From NCBI GenBank assembly GCA_965263035.1, contig OZ253580.1:224001-288000 (forward strand): 64,000 bases of DNA, read 5' to 3'. This DNA comes from Acidobacteriota bacterium. Its GTDB lineage: Bacteria > Acidobacteriota > UBA6911 > RPQK01 > JAJDTT01. The notes below the pieces were generated by a model. The model made no database searches. It saw only the letters and a list, made by a program, of their open reading frames with translations, and had not been told where the DNA came from. The stretch's first letter is position 1, and each line of letters starts with the position of its first letter. Shown piece by piece: positions 39,592 to 49,030 of the stretch. A program made the position numbers and the translations under genes.

Positions 39592-39815
39592 GGGAGCGGA
39601 GGCTTTCTTGCCGCCGGGGAGCGGCGACTTTCCAGTCGCCGATTAGGGGGAGTTAGGGGGGACGGTTAGTCCCCCCTCTACGCTTACCGGCCCCTACACC
39701 TTCCGACCGCCGAATCGTACAGCATCACAGAAGAGCAGGCGACAAGAAAGTCGCCTGTCCCAGTGGGCGACAAGAAAGTCGCCCCTCCTAGCAGGCGACA
39801 AGAAAGTCGCTCCTG
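39592..39815. repeat. REP-like cluster including three tandem GGCGACAAGAAAGTCGC units with 28-bp period
   Basis: Units at 39738, 39766 and 39794. The left part is an inverted copy of 9681-9766. Lies between convergent genes. Confidence 0.8.
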
Positions 39816-41132
39816 TCACACCACGCAACGCGGTTTCAGCAACCGCTGAAGCCTGGGGCTCTCCTCCAGAATAATGGTCTCGGACCGGTTTGGACCGGTG
39901 GAGATGATGGAGATATCCGCGCCGGTGAGTTCGCGAATCCGATGCAGGTAGGACTTGGCCTTCTCCGGCAGGTCGTCGTAATTCCGAATGTCGGAGGTGT
40001 CCCGCTGCCATCCGGGATGCGTCTCGTAGATGGGGCTCACCTCTTCAAGTGCTCCCACGTCCGTGGGGAAACTCGTCATTCGGGTCCCTCGGTAGCGGTA
40101 GCCGGTACAGATCCGAAGCTCTTTCAAATGGTCCAGTACATCCAATTTGGTGACGACCAGAGTGTCCACGTGGTTGATCAGATTGCTGTACCGGGCGACG
40201 ACGGCGTCGAACCATCCGCAACGCCTCGGCCGCCCCGTGGTGGCGCCGTACTCGACGCCCCGCTCGCGGATCTCCTCCCCTTCCTCACCGTCCAACTCGG
40301 TCGGAAACGGGCCGCCTCCGACACGAGTCGAATAGGCTTTGGTAATTCCCATCACTCCGTCGATGGCACCCGGCCCCACGCCGCACCCGGTGCAGGCTCC
40401 ACCGGCCGTGGCGTTCGAGGAGGTAACGAACGGATAGGTCCCGTGATCCACGTCCAGCAGCGTTCCCTGGGCGCCCTCGAAGAGGATGTTCTTTCCCCGC
40501 CGGATCTCGCGATTCAGGTACTCGGCCGTGTCGGTGACATAGGAGGCGATCCGTTCGCCGATCGCCAGATAGGTCTCCTCGATCTGGTCAGGGTTCACCC
40601 CGTCACGCCCGTAGACCCGGTTCAGGATTCGGTTCTTCAGATCGGCATAGTTGCGGAGCTTGGAGCGAAAGAGCCGGGGCGACAACAGGTCGCCGACCCG
40701 GATTCCCCGGCGGGCCATCTTGTCTTCATAACAGGGTCCGATGCCCCGGCTCGTGGTCCCGATTTTCGCCTTGCCCAACCGGCTTTCCTCGGCGCCCTCC
40801 AGCAACCGGTGGTAGGGCATGATCAGGTGTGCCCGGTTGCTGACATGGAGCCGGCCTTCCAAAGAGAACTCCCGGAGCGCCAGCAGTTCCTCTTCCAGCG
40901 CCACCGGGTCCACCACGACCCCGTTGCCGATGACGCAGACCTTGTCGGGGTGGAGGATCCCGGACGGAATCAAGTGAAGAACATACTTGGCGCCCGCAAC
41001 GGAAACGGTGTGCCCGGCATTGTGTCCACCCTGGTAACGGGCGACGACGTCGAAGTGACGTGTGGTCAGATCGACGATCTTTCCTTTGCCTTCGTCACCC
41101 CATTGGGTGCCGACGATCACGACGTTAGCCAT
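39816..41132 (-). CDS. purA: Adenylosuccinate synthetase
   Basis: QWGDEGKGK, GGHNAGHT, GTYPFVTSS and GATTGRPRRCGWFD motifs. Confidence 0.98.
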   Translation of the reverse strand: MANVVIVGTQWGDEGKGKIVDLTTRHFDVVARYQGGHNAGHTVSVAGAKYVLHLIPSGILHPDKVCVIGNGVVVDPVALEEELLALREFSLEGRLHVSNRAHLIMPYHRLLEGAEESRLGKAKIGTTSRGIGPCYEDKMARRGIRVGDLLSPRLFRSKLRNYADLKNRILNRVYGRDGVNPDQIEETYLAIGERIASYVTDTAEYLNREIRRGKNILFEGAQGTLLDVDHGTYPFVTSSNATAGGACTGCGVGPGAIDGVMGITKAYSTRVGGGPFPTELDGEEGEEIRERGVEYGATTGRPRRCGWFDAVVARYSNLINHVDTLVVTKLDVLDHLKELRICTGYRYRGTRMTSFPTDVGALEEVSPIYETHPGWQRDTSDIRNYDDLPEKAKSYLHRIRELTGADISIISTGPNRSETIILEESPRLQRLLKPRCVV

Positions 41133-41272
41133 AGTGCAGGCGAAAAACGGAAAGCCGGTTAACGGACTTGGACCGGATCGGTGCGCATACCGACCTCAGA
41201 CCAAGCTGCAGTCGACTCCGCACGGAAAGTCCGTAAACCGGGTGAGCCATCCATTCCCGAACGCCGGGACGG

Positions 41273-41599
41273 CTAGAGCTGGTTCTCGATCAGCCGAGCG
41301 ATGTTCTCTCTAGACGTGGCGCCGACGACCTGGTCCTTGAGTTCTCCATTCTTGAAGAGCAGCAGGGTCGGAATACCCCTGATCCCATATCTGGCCGAGG
41401 TCTCACGGTTGTCGTCGACGTTGAGCTTGACCACTTTGGCGCGACCGGAAAAGTCCTGGGCAATCTGATCGATGGTGGGGGAGAGCATCCGGCAGGGAGC
41501 GCACCAAGCGGCCCAAAAATCCACCAGTACGGGATCGCTCGACTGTAAAACGTCGGTCTCGAAACTCTGATCTGTTACGTCCTGAACCTTGTCGCTCAT
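41273..41599 (-). CDS. trxA: Thioredoxin
   Basis: VLVDFWAAWCAPC, KLNVD and IRGIPTLLLFKNG. SD GGAGG. Confidence 0.95.
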   Translation of the reverse strand: MSDKVQDVTDQSFETDVLQSSDPVLVDFWAAWCAPCRMLSPTIDQIAQDFSGRAKVVKLNVDDNRETSARYGIRGIPTLLLFKNGELKDQVVGATSRENIARLIENQL

Positions 41600-41793
41600 C
41601 CTGACCTCCTGAATTCTCGCTCCAACTGGCGCCCAACGCCGCCGCAGGCTCCGCTTGACCTTCAGAAACCCTTTTCAGCTGCCTCTTGTTGCGGTGGCGC
41701 AGAGACCCGAGCGCCCACCTCTGCACATGTTAACATAGGAGCCTGCGGTGGAAGTCGCCGCGGACTGCCTGCGGTCCTGCCGATCAGCCATAT

Positions 41794-41954
41794 CAGCCCG
41801 TGGCAAAAGTCGTCACGGCATTCGACCGTCCCTGCATCGTGCGCGGACTGCGTTGCGATTCGGCTCACATACTCCCGGTCTGCTCCCTCCGTTGCGCCTG
41901 GTGCGGCGGGCGCAGGAACGGTCTCGGTGCTCGCGGGACTTTCACCACGGACTG
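41794..41954 (-). mobile_element. MITE-like element family A, copy A3 (inverted)
   Basis: Reverse-complement copy of A1, 161 bp. Flanks (C)ATAT / ATAT(G). Confidence 0.85.
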
Positions 41955-41956
41955 AT

Positions 41957-42757
41957 ATGACTCCAAACTTCCCCCGGGCCAAGCGTTCCCTGGGGCAACA
42001 TTTCCTCCACGACGCCGGCTACTGCCGCCGGATGGTCCGGCTGGCGGCGCCGACCGACAGGGACACCGTCATCGAAATCGGCCCCGGCACCGGACAGCTC
42101 ACGCGCCTGATCCTGGCGCGAGCCCGCAACGTGGTCGCCATCGAGTTCGACCGGGACTTGGTCGACCACCTCAAGCGGAGTCTCGGCCCCGAGTCCCTGG
42201 CCCGGCTGACCCTGATCCAATCCGACGTGCTGGATCTCGACTGGGACTCCACCTTTCCCGAAGCTCCCGTCAAACTGGTGGGTAACCTTCCCTACAACAT
42301 CGCCACCGCCGTACTCACCAAGATGATTCCTTTCGGCCATCGGTTTCACAGCTTCACCTTCATGGTCCAGAAAGAGGTGGCCCAGCGCATTCTGGCCCGG
42401 CCCGGCTCCAAGTCCTACGGCTACTTCACTCTGTTGCTCCAATACCACTTTTCCGGAGTGCCCGGTTTCGATGTGCCGGCCGGCGCCTTTGCCCCTCCAC
42501 CCGAGGTCCGCTCCCACGCCATGCAGCTGATCCCGCGCCCGCGGCCGCCCCGCCTCCCCTGCTACGACCGATTCCTGGGGCTGATCCGGACCGGATTCCG
42601 CCAGCGCAGGAAGACACTCAGGAACAATCTCCAGAGTGCTTTCGGACCCTGGAAGGGGCGCCTGGAAAGGGCCTTCGAAAGCGCTGGGATCGAACCCCGT
42701 CAGAGGGCGGAGGAGGTGTCTTTGGAACAGTTTGTGTGTCTGGCACGCATGCTATAG
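41957..42757 (+). CDS. rsmA: 16S rRNA m6,2A dimethyltransferase RsmA/KsgA
   Basis: KRSLGQHFL, IEIGPGTG, NLPYNI, MVQKEVA.R and F.QRRKTLRN motifs. Confidence 0.95.
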   Translation: MTPNFPRAKRSLGQHFLHDAGYCRRMVRLAAPTDRDTVIEIGPGTGQLTRLILARARNVVAIEFDRDLVDHLKRSLGPESLARLTLIQSDVLDLDWDSTFPEAPVKLVGNLPYNIATAVLTKMIPFGHRFHSFTFMVQKEVAQRILARPGSKSYGYFTLLLQYHFSGVPGFDVPAGAFAPPPEVRSHAMQLIPRPRPPRLPCYDRFLGLIRTGFRQRRKTLRNNLQSAFGPWKGRLERAFESAGIEPRQRAEEVSLEQFVCLARML

Positions 42758-42768
42758 TTGGCCGCCAT

Positions 42769-44436
42769 ATGAGCAGTCAACTGGAAGTCATCCCTCTGGG
42801 AGGCCTGGGCGAATTCGGGATGAACTGTGCCGCCCTCCGGGCCGGAGACGATCTGATTCTGGTCGATGCCGGGATGATGCTGCCGGACCGTGGCGCAGTG
42901 ACCAGCCTCGGCGTCGACCTGATGGTTCCCGACATCAGTTTCCTGCTGGAGAACCGGCGCCAGCTGCGAGCCATCGTGTTGACCCACGGCCACGAAGACC
43001 ACACCGGGGGAGTCTCCTACATCATCGACCAGCTCCAGGTCCCGGTCTACGGCAACCGTTTGACGTTGGGTCTGGTTTCATCCCGTCTCCGGGAACGAGG
43101 ATTGGACAAGGAGGCGGATCTTCGGCTGCTGGAACCCGATCGGCCGGTGGACCTGGGGGCCTTCCAGGTGGAACCCCTCCGGATGACCCATTCTTTTCCC
43201 GAAAGCTATTGTTTCGCGATCCGGACCCCCGTGGGCCGGATTATCTGGACGGGAGATTTCAAGTTCGACCAGACTCCCATCGATGGCCGCAGGAGCAACT
43301 TGGCGAGACTCGCCGAACTGGGCCAAGAAGGCGTTCTGGCGCTCTTTTCCGACAGCACCAACGGAGACGTCCCGGGTCTTTCCCCTTCCGAGTCGTCCGT
43401 CTACGAACCGCTGCAAAAGCTGTTTCGACAAGCTGAGGGAAAGATCGTCCTGGCCACCTTCGCCAGCAGCATGCACCGGATTCAGATCGTCCTGGACCTG
43501 GCCCGCGACGCGGGGCGGAAGGTGGTGCCCATGGGGAGAAGCATGGTCTCCAATATCCGTCTGGCGTCCCAGCTGGGATACCTGAGGACCGATCCCGAAG
43601 TCCTGAGATCGCGGGACAATCTGGCCAGGATTCCGTCGGACCGCCTGATCGTGTTGGCCAGCGGCAGTCAAGGGGAGCCCATGTCGGCCATGAGCCGACT
43701 GGCCGTGGACGGGGTCTCGAAGGTTCGAATCGAGTCTGGCGATCTTGTCCTCCTCTCGTCCCGCATCATCCCCGGCAACCAGAAGGCCATCGGCCAGATG
43801 ATCAACCACTTCTACCGCCGAGGGGCTCGGGTGCTGGACTCTCGCCATCAGCCGATCCACGCTTCGGGCCACGGTTACCGGGAAGACCTCAAGCTCATGA
43901 TCGACCTGACCCGGCCCCGGTACTTCATTCCCATCCATGGCGAATTTCGTCAGTTGGCGGCCCATGCCCGCTTGGCCCGGCGCCAGGGGATCCCGCCAGA
44001 CCAGGTCCACCTCCTGGAAACCGGCGAAGTCCTGGGCCTGAGTCCCGACAAGGCCGAAATCATGGGCCAGGTCCCGTCAGGACGCCGCTACATCGATGGG
44101 GGCATCCGGCGGCAGGTGGATCAGGAACTGCTCAGAGACCGCCGTTTCCTGGCCACGGACGGAGTCCTGGTGGTGGGACTCCGGATCGACCGCAAGAGCT
44201 GGGAACTCATCGGGGAGCCGGAGCTGATTTCCCGTGGATTCGTGCGGCCGGAGGATTCCCAGGAATTGATGCGGGAGATTCGGGCCCGAATCCACCGTCT
44301 CGTGTCCGAAACCGGTGCCAACGGGAAACGGGACGAAGGCCTGCTGGAGGAGATGCTGCAGACTGGATTGAAGCGTTTCTTGCGCAAGCGCACGAGAAAG
44401 AGGCCCCTGATCGTCCCGGTGATGCTGACCCTGTAG
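42769..44436 (+). CDS. rnj: Ribonuclease J
   Basis: PLGGLGEFGMN, THGHEDH, TGDFK.D.TP, GSQGEP, HASGH and PIHGE motifs. Confidence 0.95.
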   Translation: MSSQLEVIPLGGLGEFGMNCAALRAGDDLILVDAGMMLPDRGAVTSLGVDLMVPDISFLLENRRQLRAIVLTHGHEDHTGGVSYIIDQLQVPVYGNRLTLGLVSSRLRERGLDKEADLRLLEPDRPVDLGAFQVEPLRMTHSFPESYCFAIRTPVGRIIWTGDFKFDQTPIDGRRSNLARLAELGQEGVLALFSDSTNGDVPGLSPSESSVYEPLQKLFRQAEGKIVLATFASSMHRIQIVLDLARDAGRKVVPMGRSMVSNIRLASQLGYLRTDPEVLRSRDNLARIPSDRLIVLASGSQGEPMSAMSRLAVDGVSKVRIESGDLVLLSSRIIPGNQKAIGQMINHFYRRGARVLDSRHQPIHASGHGYREDLKLMIDLTRPRYFIPIHGEFRQLAAHARLARRQGIPPDQVHLLETGEVLGLSPDKAEIMGQVPSGRRYIDGGIRRQVDQELLRDRRFLATDGVLVVGLRIDRKSWELIGEPELISRGFVRPEDSQELMREIRARIHRLVSETGANGKRDEGLLEEMLQTGLKRFLRKRTRKRPLIVPVMLTL

Positions 44437-44467
44437 TCCGGGCGGCTTGAATTCGGAAGGAGCCGAC

Positions 44468-46804
44468 ATGAGCATCCAGGCCTACCAACGCGTTTCGGAG
44501 TTGTTGGGACTCTCGCTCCTTTTCGGGTCCGTCCTGCTGATCCTCTCCCTCGTGAGCTACGATCCCACCGACGCTTCATTCAGCGTCGCCTCGTCCCGCC
44601 AGATCTACTCCAATCTGGCGGGCAAGATCGGTGCCTTGAGTTCGGACATCCTCTACCAGCTGCTGGGTTGGTCGGCCCTCTGCGTGCCCGTTCCGTTCCT
44701 GCTTCTGGGATACCGGTGGCTTCGGAGACGGCGCCTCGAAGACCCCTTCCTGAAGCTGTTTTGCACTGTCTCCGGCTTGATCTCCTTGAGTGCGGCCATC
44801 TCCATCGTTCCTCCCCCCATCGGTCCGGATGTGAACTTTGCGCCCGGCGGCATCCTGGGAGTGATGCTGGGGCAATACCTGGCCGCCCTGCTGAACGGTC
44901 CAGGAGCGCTGCTGCTCCTGGCGACCGTTCTGATTCTGTCTCTGGTGGCCGGCACCACCTTTTCGGTGGACCGGTTCCTGGGCTGGATCGGAAGCCGCAA
45001 CTGGAATGTCCTTCGGATCGCCCGGGAGAAATATTCGGAGTGGTCTCAAGAGCGGCGCCAGACAAAGGAAGTGGAGACCTGGAACAAGAAGAAGGAATCC
45101 CGGGTGGCACAACCCATGCCCCGGAAGATGACGTGGGACGGGGTCAAATCCGAAGATGAGCCTCCTCCCGAGACCATCCCGGAAACCATTCCATGGACGG
45201 TTTCACAGACCGTCTCAACGACCGTCCCGCAGGCCATTCCGGCCACCGTTCCCGAGGCCGAACCGGAGCACGGATCCGACCCCGACCCGGTTGCGGTGCC
45301 GGTGGCTGCGGCTCCCGCGGAATCGACTCAGATCGATCGGCGGCCGCAGACTGCGGCTTCCGCCTACACGCTCCCCCCTCTGGACTACCTGGAAGAGAAC
45401 CTGATCAAGCCGAAGATCGACAAGGCCGACCTTATTCAAAGAGCCCATCTCCTGGCGACCAAGTGTGCCGAGTTCGGGGTCTTGGGACAGGTGTTGCAGA
45501 TCCATCCGGGACCCGTGGTCACGACCTTCGAGTTCAAGCCGGATCCGGGCATAAAGTACAGCCGCGTCACCAACCTGTCGGACGATCTCTGCCTGGCTCT
45601 GAAGGCCGAGTCGGTCCGTATCGAACGGATCTCCGGAAAGAACACCGTCGGCATCGAAGTCCCCAACTCGGATCGTCAGATCATCTATTTGAGAGAGATC
45701 CTCTCGTCCGGCAGCTTCCATAAGATGGAGTCCCCTCTGGCCCTGGGACTCGGGAAAACCATCCATGGCGCCAATTACGTGGCGGACCTGTCGCGAATGC
45801 CGCATCTGCTCATCGCCGGAGCCACCGGATCGGGAAAGAGCGTGGCCCTGAACTGCGTCGTCTGCTCCATCCTCTACAAGGCCGGTCCGGATGAAGTCCG
45901 ATTCATCATGATCGATCCGAAACGGCTCGAGCTGGGACTGTACGCCGATATCCCGCACCTGATGGCACCCATTGTCACGGACCCCAAACAGGCGGCCAAC
46001 GCATTGAACTGGGCGGTGGGAGAGATGGAGCAACGGTACCGGACGCTGGCCCGGGCCGGTGTCCGCAACATCGCTCAATACAACAGGCGGGTGACCGAGG
46101 ATACGGACGAGTCGGAAGAGGGTCCCCTTCCCTACATCGTGGTCATCGTCGACGAGCTGGCCGATCTCATGCTCACCACGGGCAAGGAGGTGGAAACCGC
46201 CGTCACTCGACTTGCCCAGATGGCCAGGGCCATCGGGATCCACCTGATTCTCGCCACTCAGCGCCCCTCCGTGGACGTCATCACCGGCTTGATCAAAGCC
46301 AACTTCCCCAGCCGGATCTCCTTCCGAGTCTCCTCCAAGATCGACTCCAGGACCATCCTGGACAGCAACGGCGCGGAACAGTTGCTGGGTATGGGAGACA
46401 TGCTGGTGCTGGGCTCCGGAACCTCGCGACTGGTTCGGGCACACGGGGCCTGGGTGAGCGTGAAGGAGATCAACGGCCTGACCTCCTTCATCAAGGACCA
46501 GGGCAATCCCGAATACCGCGAGGAGATCCTTGCCGGCAACGAGGAGGAGAATGAACCTGGAGCCGTCGGCGGCGTCTCCCCTGCAGAAGACAGCCTGTTC
46601 GATGAGGCCGCCCGGTTGGTGGTGGCGACCGGCAAGGCTTCCACTTCCCTACTGCAGCGAAGGCTCAGAATCGGATACGGACGTGCCGCCAGGCTCTTGG
46701 ACATCATGGAGCACGAGGGCATCATCGGTCCCCCCGACGGAAGCAAAGCCCGGGACATCCTGGTGGCATCCAACTACTTCGAAGAAGTGGACAATCGGGA
46801 TTGA
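44468..46804 (+). CDS. ftsK: DNA translocase FtsK
   Basis: N-terminal 4TM domain, MPHLLIAGATGSGKS, DELADLM, ATQRPSVDVITG and C-terminal gamma domain (STSLLQRRLRIGYGRAAR). Confidence 0.97.
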   Translation: MSIQAYQRVSELLGLSLLFGSVLLILSLVSYDPTDASFSVASSRQIYSNLAGKIGALSSDILYQLLGWSALCVPVPFLLLGYRWLRRRRLEDPFLKLFCTVSGLISLSAAISIVPPPIGPDVNFAPGGILGVMLGQYLAALLNGPGALLLLATVLILSLVAGTTFSVDRFLGWIGSRNWNVLRIAREKYSEWSQERRQTKEVETWNKKKESRVAQPMPRKMTWDGVKSEDEPPPETIPETIPWTVSQTVSTTVPQAIPATVPEAEPEHGSDPDPVAVPVAAAPAESTQIDRRPQTAASAYTLPPLDYLEENLIKPKIDKADLIQRAHLLATKCAEFGVLGQVLQIHPGPVVTTFEFKPDPGIKYSRVTNLSDDLCLALKAESVRIERISGKNTVGIEVPNSDRQIIYLREILSSGSFHKMESPLALGLGKTIHGANYVADLSRMPHLLIAGATGSGKSVALNCVVCSILYKAGPDEVRFIMIDPKRLELGLYADIPHLMAPIVTDPKQAANALNWAVGEMEQRYRTLARAGVRNIAQYNRRVTEDTDESEEGPLPYIVVIVDELADLMLTTGKEVETAVTRLAQMARAIGIHLILATQRPSVDVITGLIKANFPSRISFRVSSKIDSRTILDSNGAEQLLGMGDMLVLGSGTSRLVRAHGAWVSVKEINGLTSFIKDQGNPEYREEILAGNEEENEPGAVGGVSPAEDSLFDEAARLVVATGKASTSLLQRRLRIGYGRAARLLDIMEHEGIIGPPDGSKARDILVASNYFEEVDNRD
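45167..45262 (+). repeat. Degenerate 12-bp tandem repeat (8 units) in the FtsK linker
   Basis: Encodes PETI-PETI-PWTV-SQTV-STTV-PQAI-PATV-PEAE. Confidence 0.65.
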
Positions 46805-47013
46805 GAACGATGACGAACCGGGGATCGAGATGCTCTCCCGTAGGTCCGGGGACACGGCGTTGTTCGGGCAGATCGTGAATCACGCACCCCTGACCCAATA
46901 CACTCCCTTTTCGGTTTCGTTCCGCGGCCAAACCTCCCCCCTGCTCCTCTCCCTCCTCCCTTCCCGCCGTCCCTTTTACTTTTCAAACGTATGCCCTAGA
47001 ATGGTTTCAGTAC

Positions 47014-47907
47014 ATGGGTAGTTTTCTCCCAGCCGCACTCATACTGTTGCTGGGGAGCACCTGGGCTTACGCCAACGAGCGGGACCTGCCTCCCCGGTTC
47101 CGGGTCGATGTTGACATGGTGGCCCTTCGGGTCACCGTGACCGATCCCCTGAACCGATACGTGATCGGCCTTGAACCCGAGCACTTCCGAGTCTTCGAAG
47201 GCAAGGTCGAGCAGTCCATCATTCACTTCTCCGTCGACAAGGCGCCCATCAGTGTCGGCGTCATTCTGGACCGAAGCGGGTCCATGGGCGACAACATGAT
47301 GAGTGCGCGCAATTCCGTAGTCCGCTTCCTGAAACAGGGCAACCGTAAGGACGAGTATTTTCTGGTCACCTTCAACGACCGGACCTCGTTGGTCCAGGAC
47401 TTCACGGCGCAGAGCGAGAACGTCCAGAATCAGGTCACCATCTCGAATCCCAAGGGAAGGACCGCTCTCTACGACGCCATCTACCTGGGCTTGGAGAAGA
47501 TTCGCGAAGCGCGGCACGACAAGAAGGCTCTGATCGTGATCACGGACGGGGAGGACAACAGCAGTCGATACACCTTCAGCGAGCTGAAACAGTTCGTCAA
47601 GGAGTCGGACGTCCAACTCTACGTCATCGGCGAACGGGGCCGACTGCCCTATGGCCGAGGCATCATCTCCGAGATCATCAGCCTGACCGGCGGGCGGGCA
47701 TTCTTTCCCAATAACTTCAAGCAGCTGGACTACTTCGTGGACCTGATCCACACCGAGCTGCGTAATCAGTACCTGTTGGGCTACGTCCCCACCGACCGAA
47801 CCTTCAACGGCAAATGGCGGAAGATCAAGGTCAAGCTGGATCCCCCCGAAGGACTGCCCAGGTTGATCGTCCGCGCCAAGAAGGGTTACTTCGCTCCCAA
47901 CAAGTAG
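47014..47907 (+). CDS. Acidobacterial VWA-domain protein
   Basis: FRVDVDMV...V.D, MIDAS DRSGS, TALYDA, ITDGEDN and ELRNQYLLGY. Confidence 0.88.
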   Translation: MGSFLPAALILLLGSTWAYANERDLPPRFRVDVDMVALRVTVTDPLNRYVIGLEPEHFRVFEGKVEQSIIHFSVDKAPISVGVILDRSGSMGDNMMSARNSVVRFLKQGNRKDEYFLVTFNDRTSLVQDFTAQSENVQNQVTISNPKGRTALYDAIYLGLEKIREARHDKKALIVITDGEDNSSRYTFSELKQFVKESDVQLYVIGERGRLPYGRGIISEIISLTGGRAFFPNNFKQLDYFVDLIHTELRNQYLLGYVPTDRTFNGKWRKIKVKLDPPEGLPRLIVRAKKGYFAPNK

Positions 47908-47933
47908 CCGTTTGCGGGGCCCGGGTCACCGCC

Positions 47934-48911
47934 ATGTTCCTTCCCACTTCGAGCAGGGTCGCTCTGGCCGGTCTCCTCTTTCTGAATCTGGCTCTGGCGG
48001 CACAGTCATCGGGCGGCGCGGACGCCAGACGGGACCGCCCCTTCTTCCGCGCCGAAGTCGACCAGGTGGTCCTGTACGCCGCTGTATTTGACGACACCGG
48101 CGAACTGGTTTCGGGACTGACCTCGGAGGACTTCATCATTCTGGAGGATGGGGCCGAGGTCGAAATCACCTACTTCGGGCAGGACGACGTTCCCTCCACC
48201 AGTGGAATCGTGATGGACAAGAGCGGCAGCATGAGGGCCAAGCAGGACCTGGCCCACCGGGCGACAAAACTGTTCCTTACCCTGAGCCATCCGGAAAATG
48301 AGCATTTCCTGGTCATGTTCGACGACGAAGTGAATTTGGAAGAGGACTTCACCCGCGACCCGGAAGATATCCTGGACATGCTGGACAATACCGTCGTGGG
48401 CGGGGGAACCGCCCTCTACGACGCCATCTATCTCGCTCTGGAGAAGGCTCGGACCGGGTCCGAAGCCAAGAAGGTGGTCACCGTATTCACCGACGGTGAG
48501 GACAAGGACAGCTACTATCGGCATGAAGAGCTTCTGGAAAAGATCGTCCGGTCCAACGACGTCCAACTCTACGTGGTGGCCCTGCTGGACCAGGCGTTGA
48601 GTCGGGACAGAGGCTTCTTCGGCGTGTTCAAGTCCCAGTACGACAAGGTGAGGGCCACGGTGGATGCCATATCGGGGCAGAGCGGCGCCAAGGTCTATTT
48701 TCCCGAGGAGCTTCACGAGCTCAACGACGTCTTTCGACGAATTGCCGGCGAGCTCAGAAACCAATACCGGATCGCCTACATCACCCCCAATTCGTTGGCG
48801 AACGGCGGTTGGCGCACCATCGAGGTCCGACTCGGAAACCCAGGTGAAAAACAGTTGACGATTCAGGCCAAGAAGGGGTATTTCGGCGGCCCGGAGACGA
48901 GCGGGGAATGA
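47934..48911 (+). CDS. Acidobacterial VWA-domain protein
   Basis: MIDAS DKSGS, TALYDA, FTDGED and ELRNQY.IAY. Signal peptide from MFLP. Confidence 0.88.
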   Translation: MFLPTSSRVALAGLLFLNLALAAQSSGGADARRDRPFFRAEVDQVVLYAAVFDDTGELVSGLTSEDFIILEDGAEVEITYFGQDDVPSTSGIVMDKSGSMRAKQDLAHRATKLFLTLSHPENEHFLVMFDDEVNLEEDFTRDPEDILDMLDNTVVGGGTALYDAIYLALEKARTGSEAKKVVTVFTDGEDKDSYYRHEELLEKIVRSNDVQLYVVALLDQALSRDRGFFGVFKSQYDKVRATVDAISGQSGAKVYFPEELHELNDVFRRIAGELRNQYRIAYITPNSLANGGWRTIEVRLGNPGEKQLTIQAKKGYFGGPETSGE

Positions 48912-48993
48912 CCGGTACAGGGTGGGCGCCGAAGTCAATGTCACCTGTGATTCGCTATTATCGGAGAACGCCGAAAACAGGACTCAGGGGAGT

Positions 48994-49022
48994 TTGACTT
49001 GACCCGGAGCGGTCCCTATTCT
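48994..49022 (+). promoter_or_regulatory. Sigma70-type promoter of ilvE (TTGACT-17-TATTCT), probably leaderless
   Basis: 17-bp spacer. The -10 element ends 8 nt before the ATG, with no SD between. Confidence 0.6.
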
Positions 49023-49030
49023 GGATCGTC

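Noticed and set aside
39738-39810. Three identical 17-bp palindromic repeats with regular spacing, as a possible mini-CRISPR
   Set aside because: Spacers are only 11 bp, the unit belongs to the dispersed REP-like family, and there are no cas genes.
41273-41599. Thioredoxin active site WCAPC instead of WCGPC
   Set aside because: A common natural variant, not notable.
46930-46985. Pyrimidine-rich tract between ftsK and the VWA genes
   Set aside because: No repeat unit or stem. Most likely promoter-upstream or Rho-utilisation-like low-complexity DNA.
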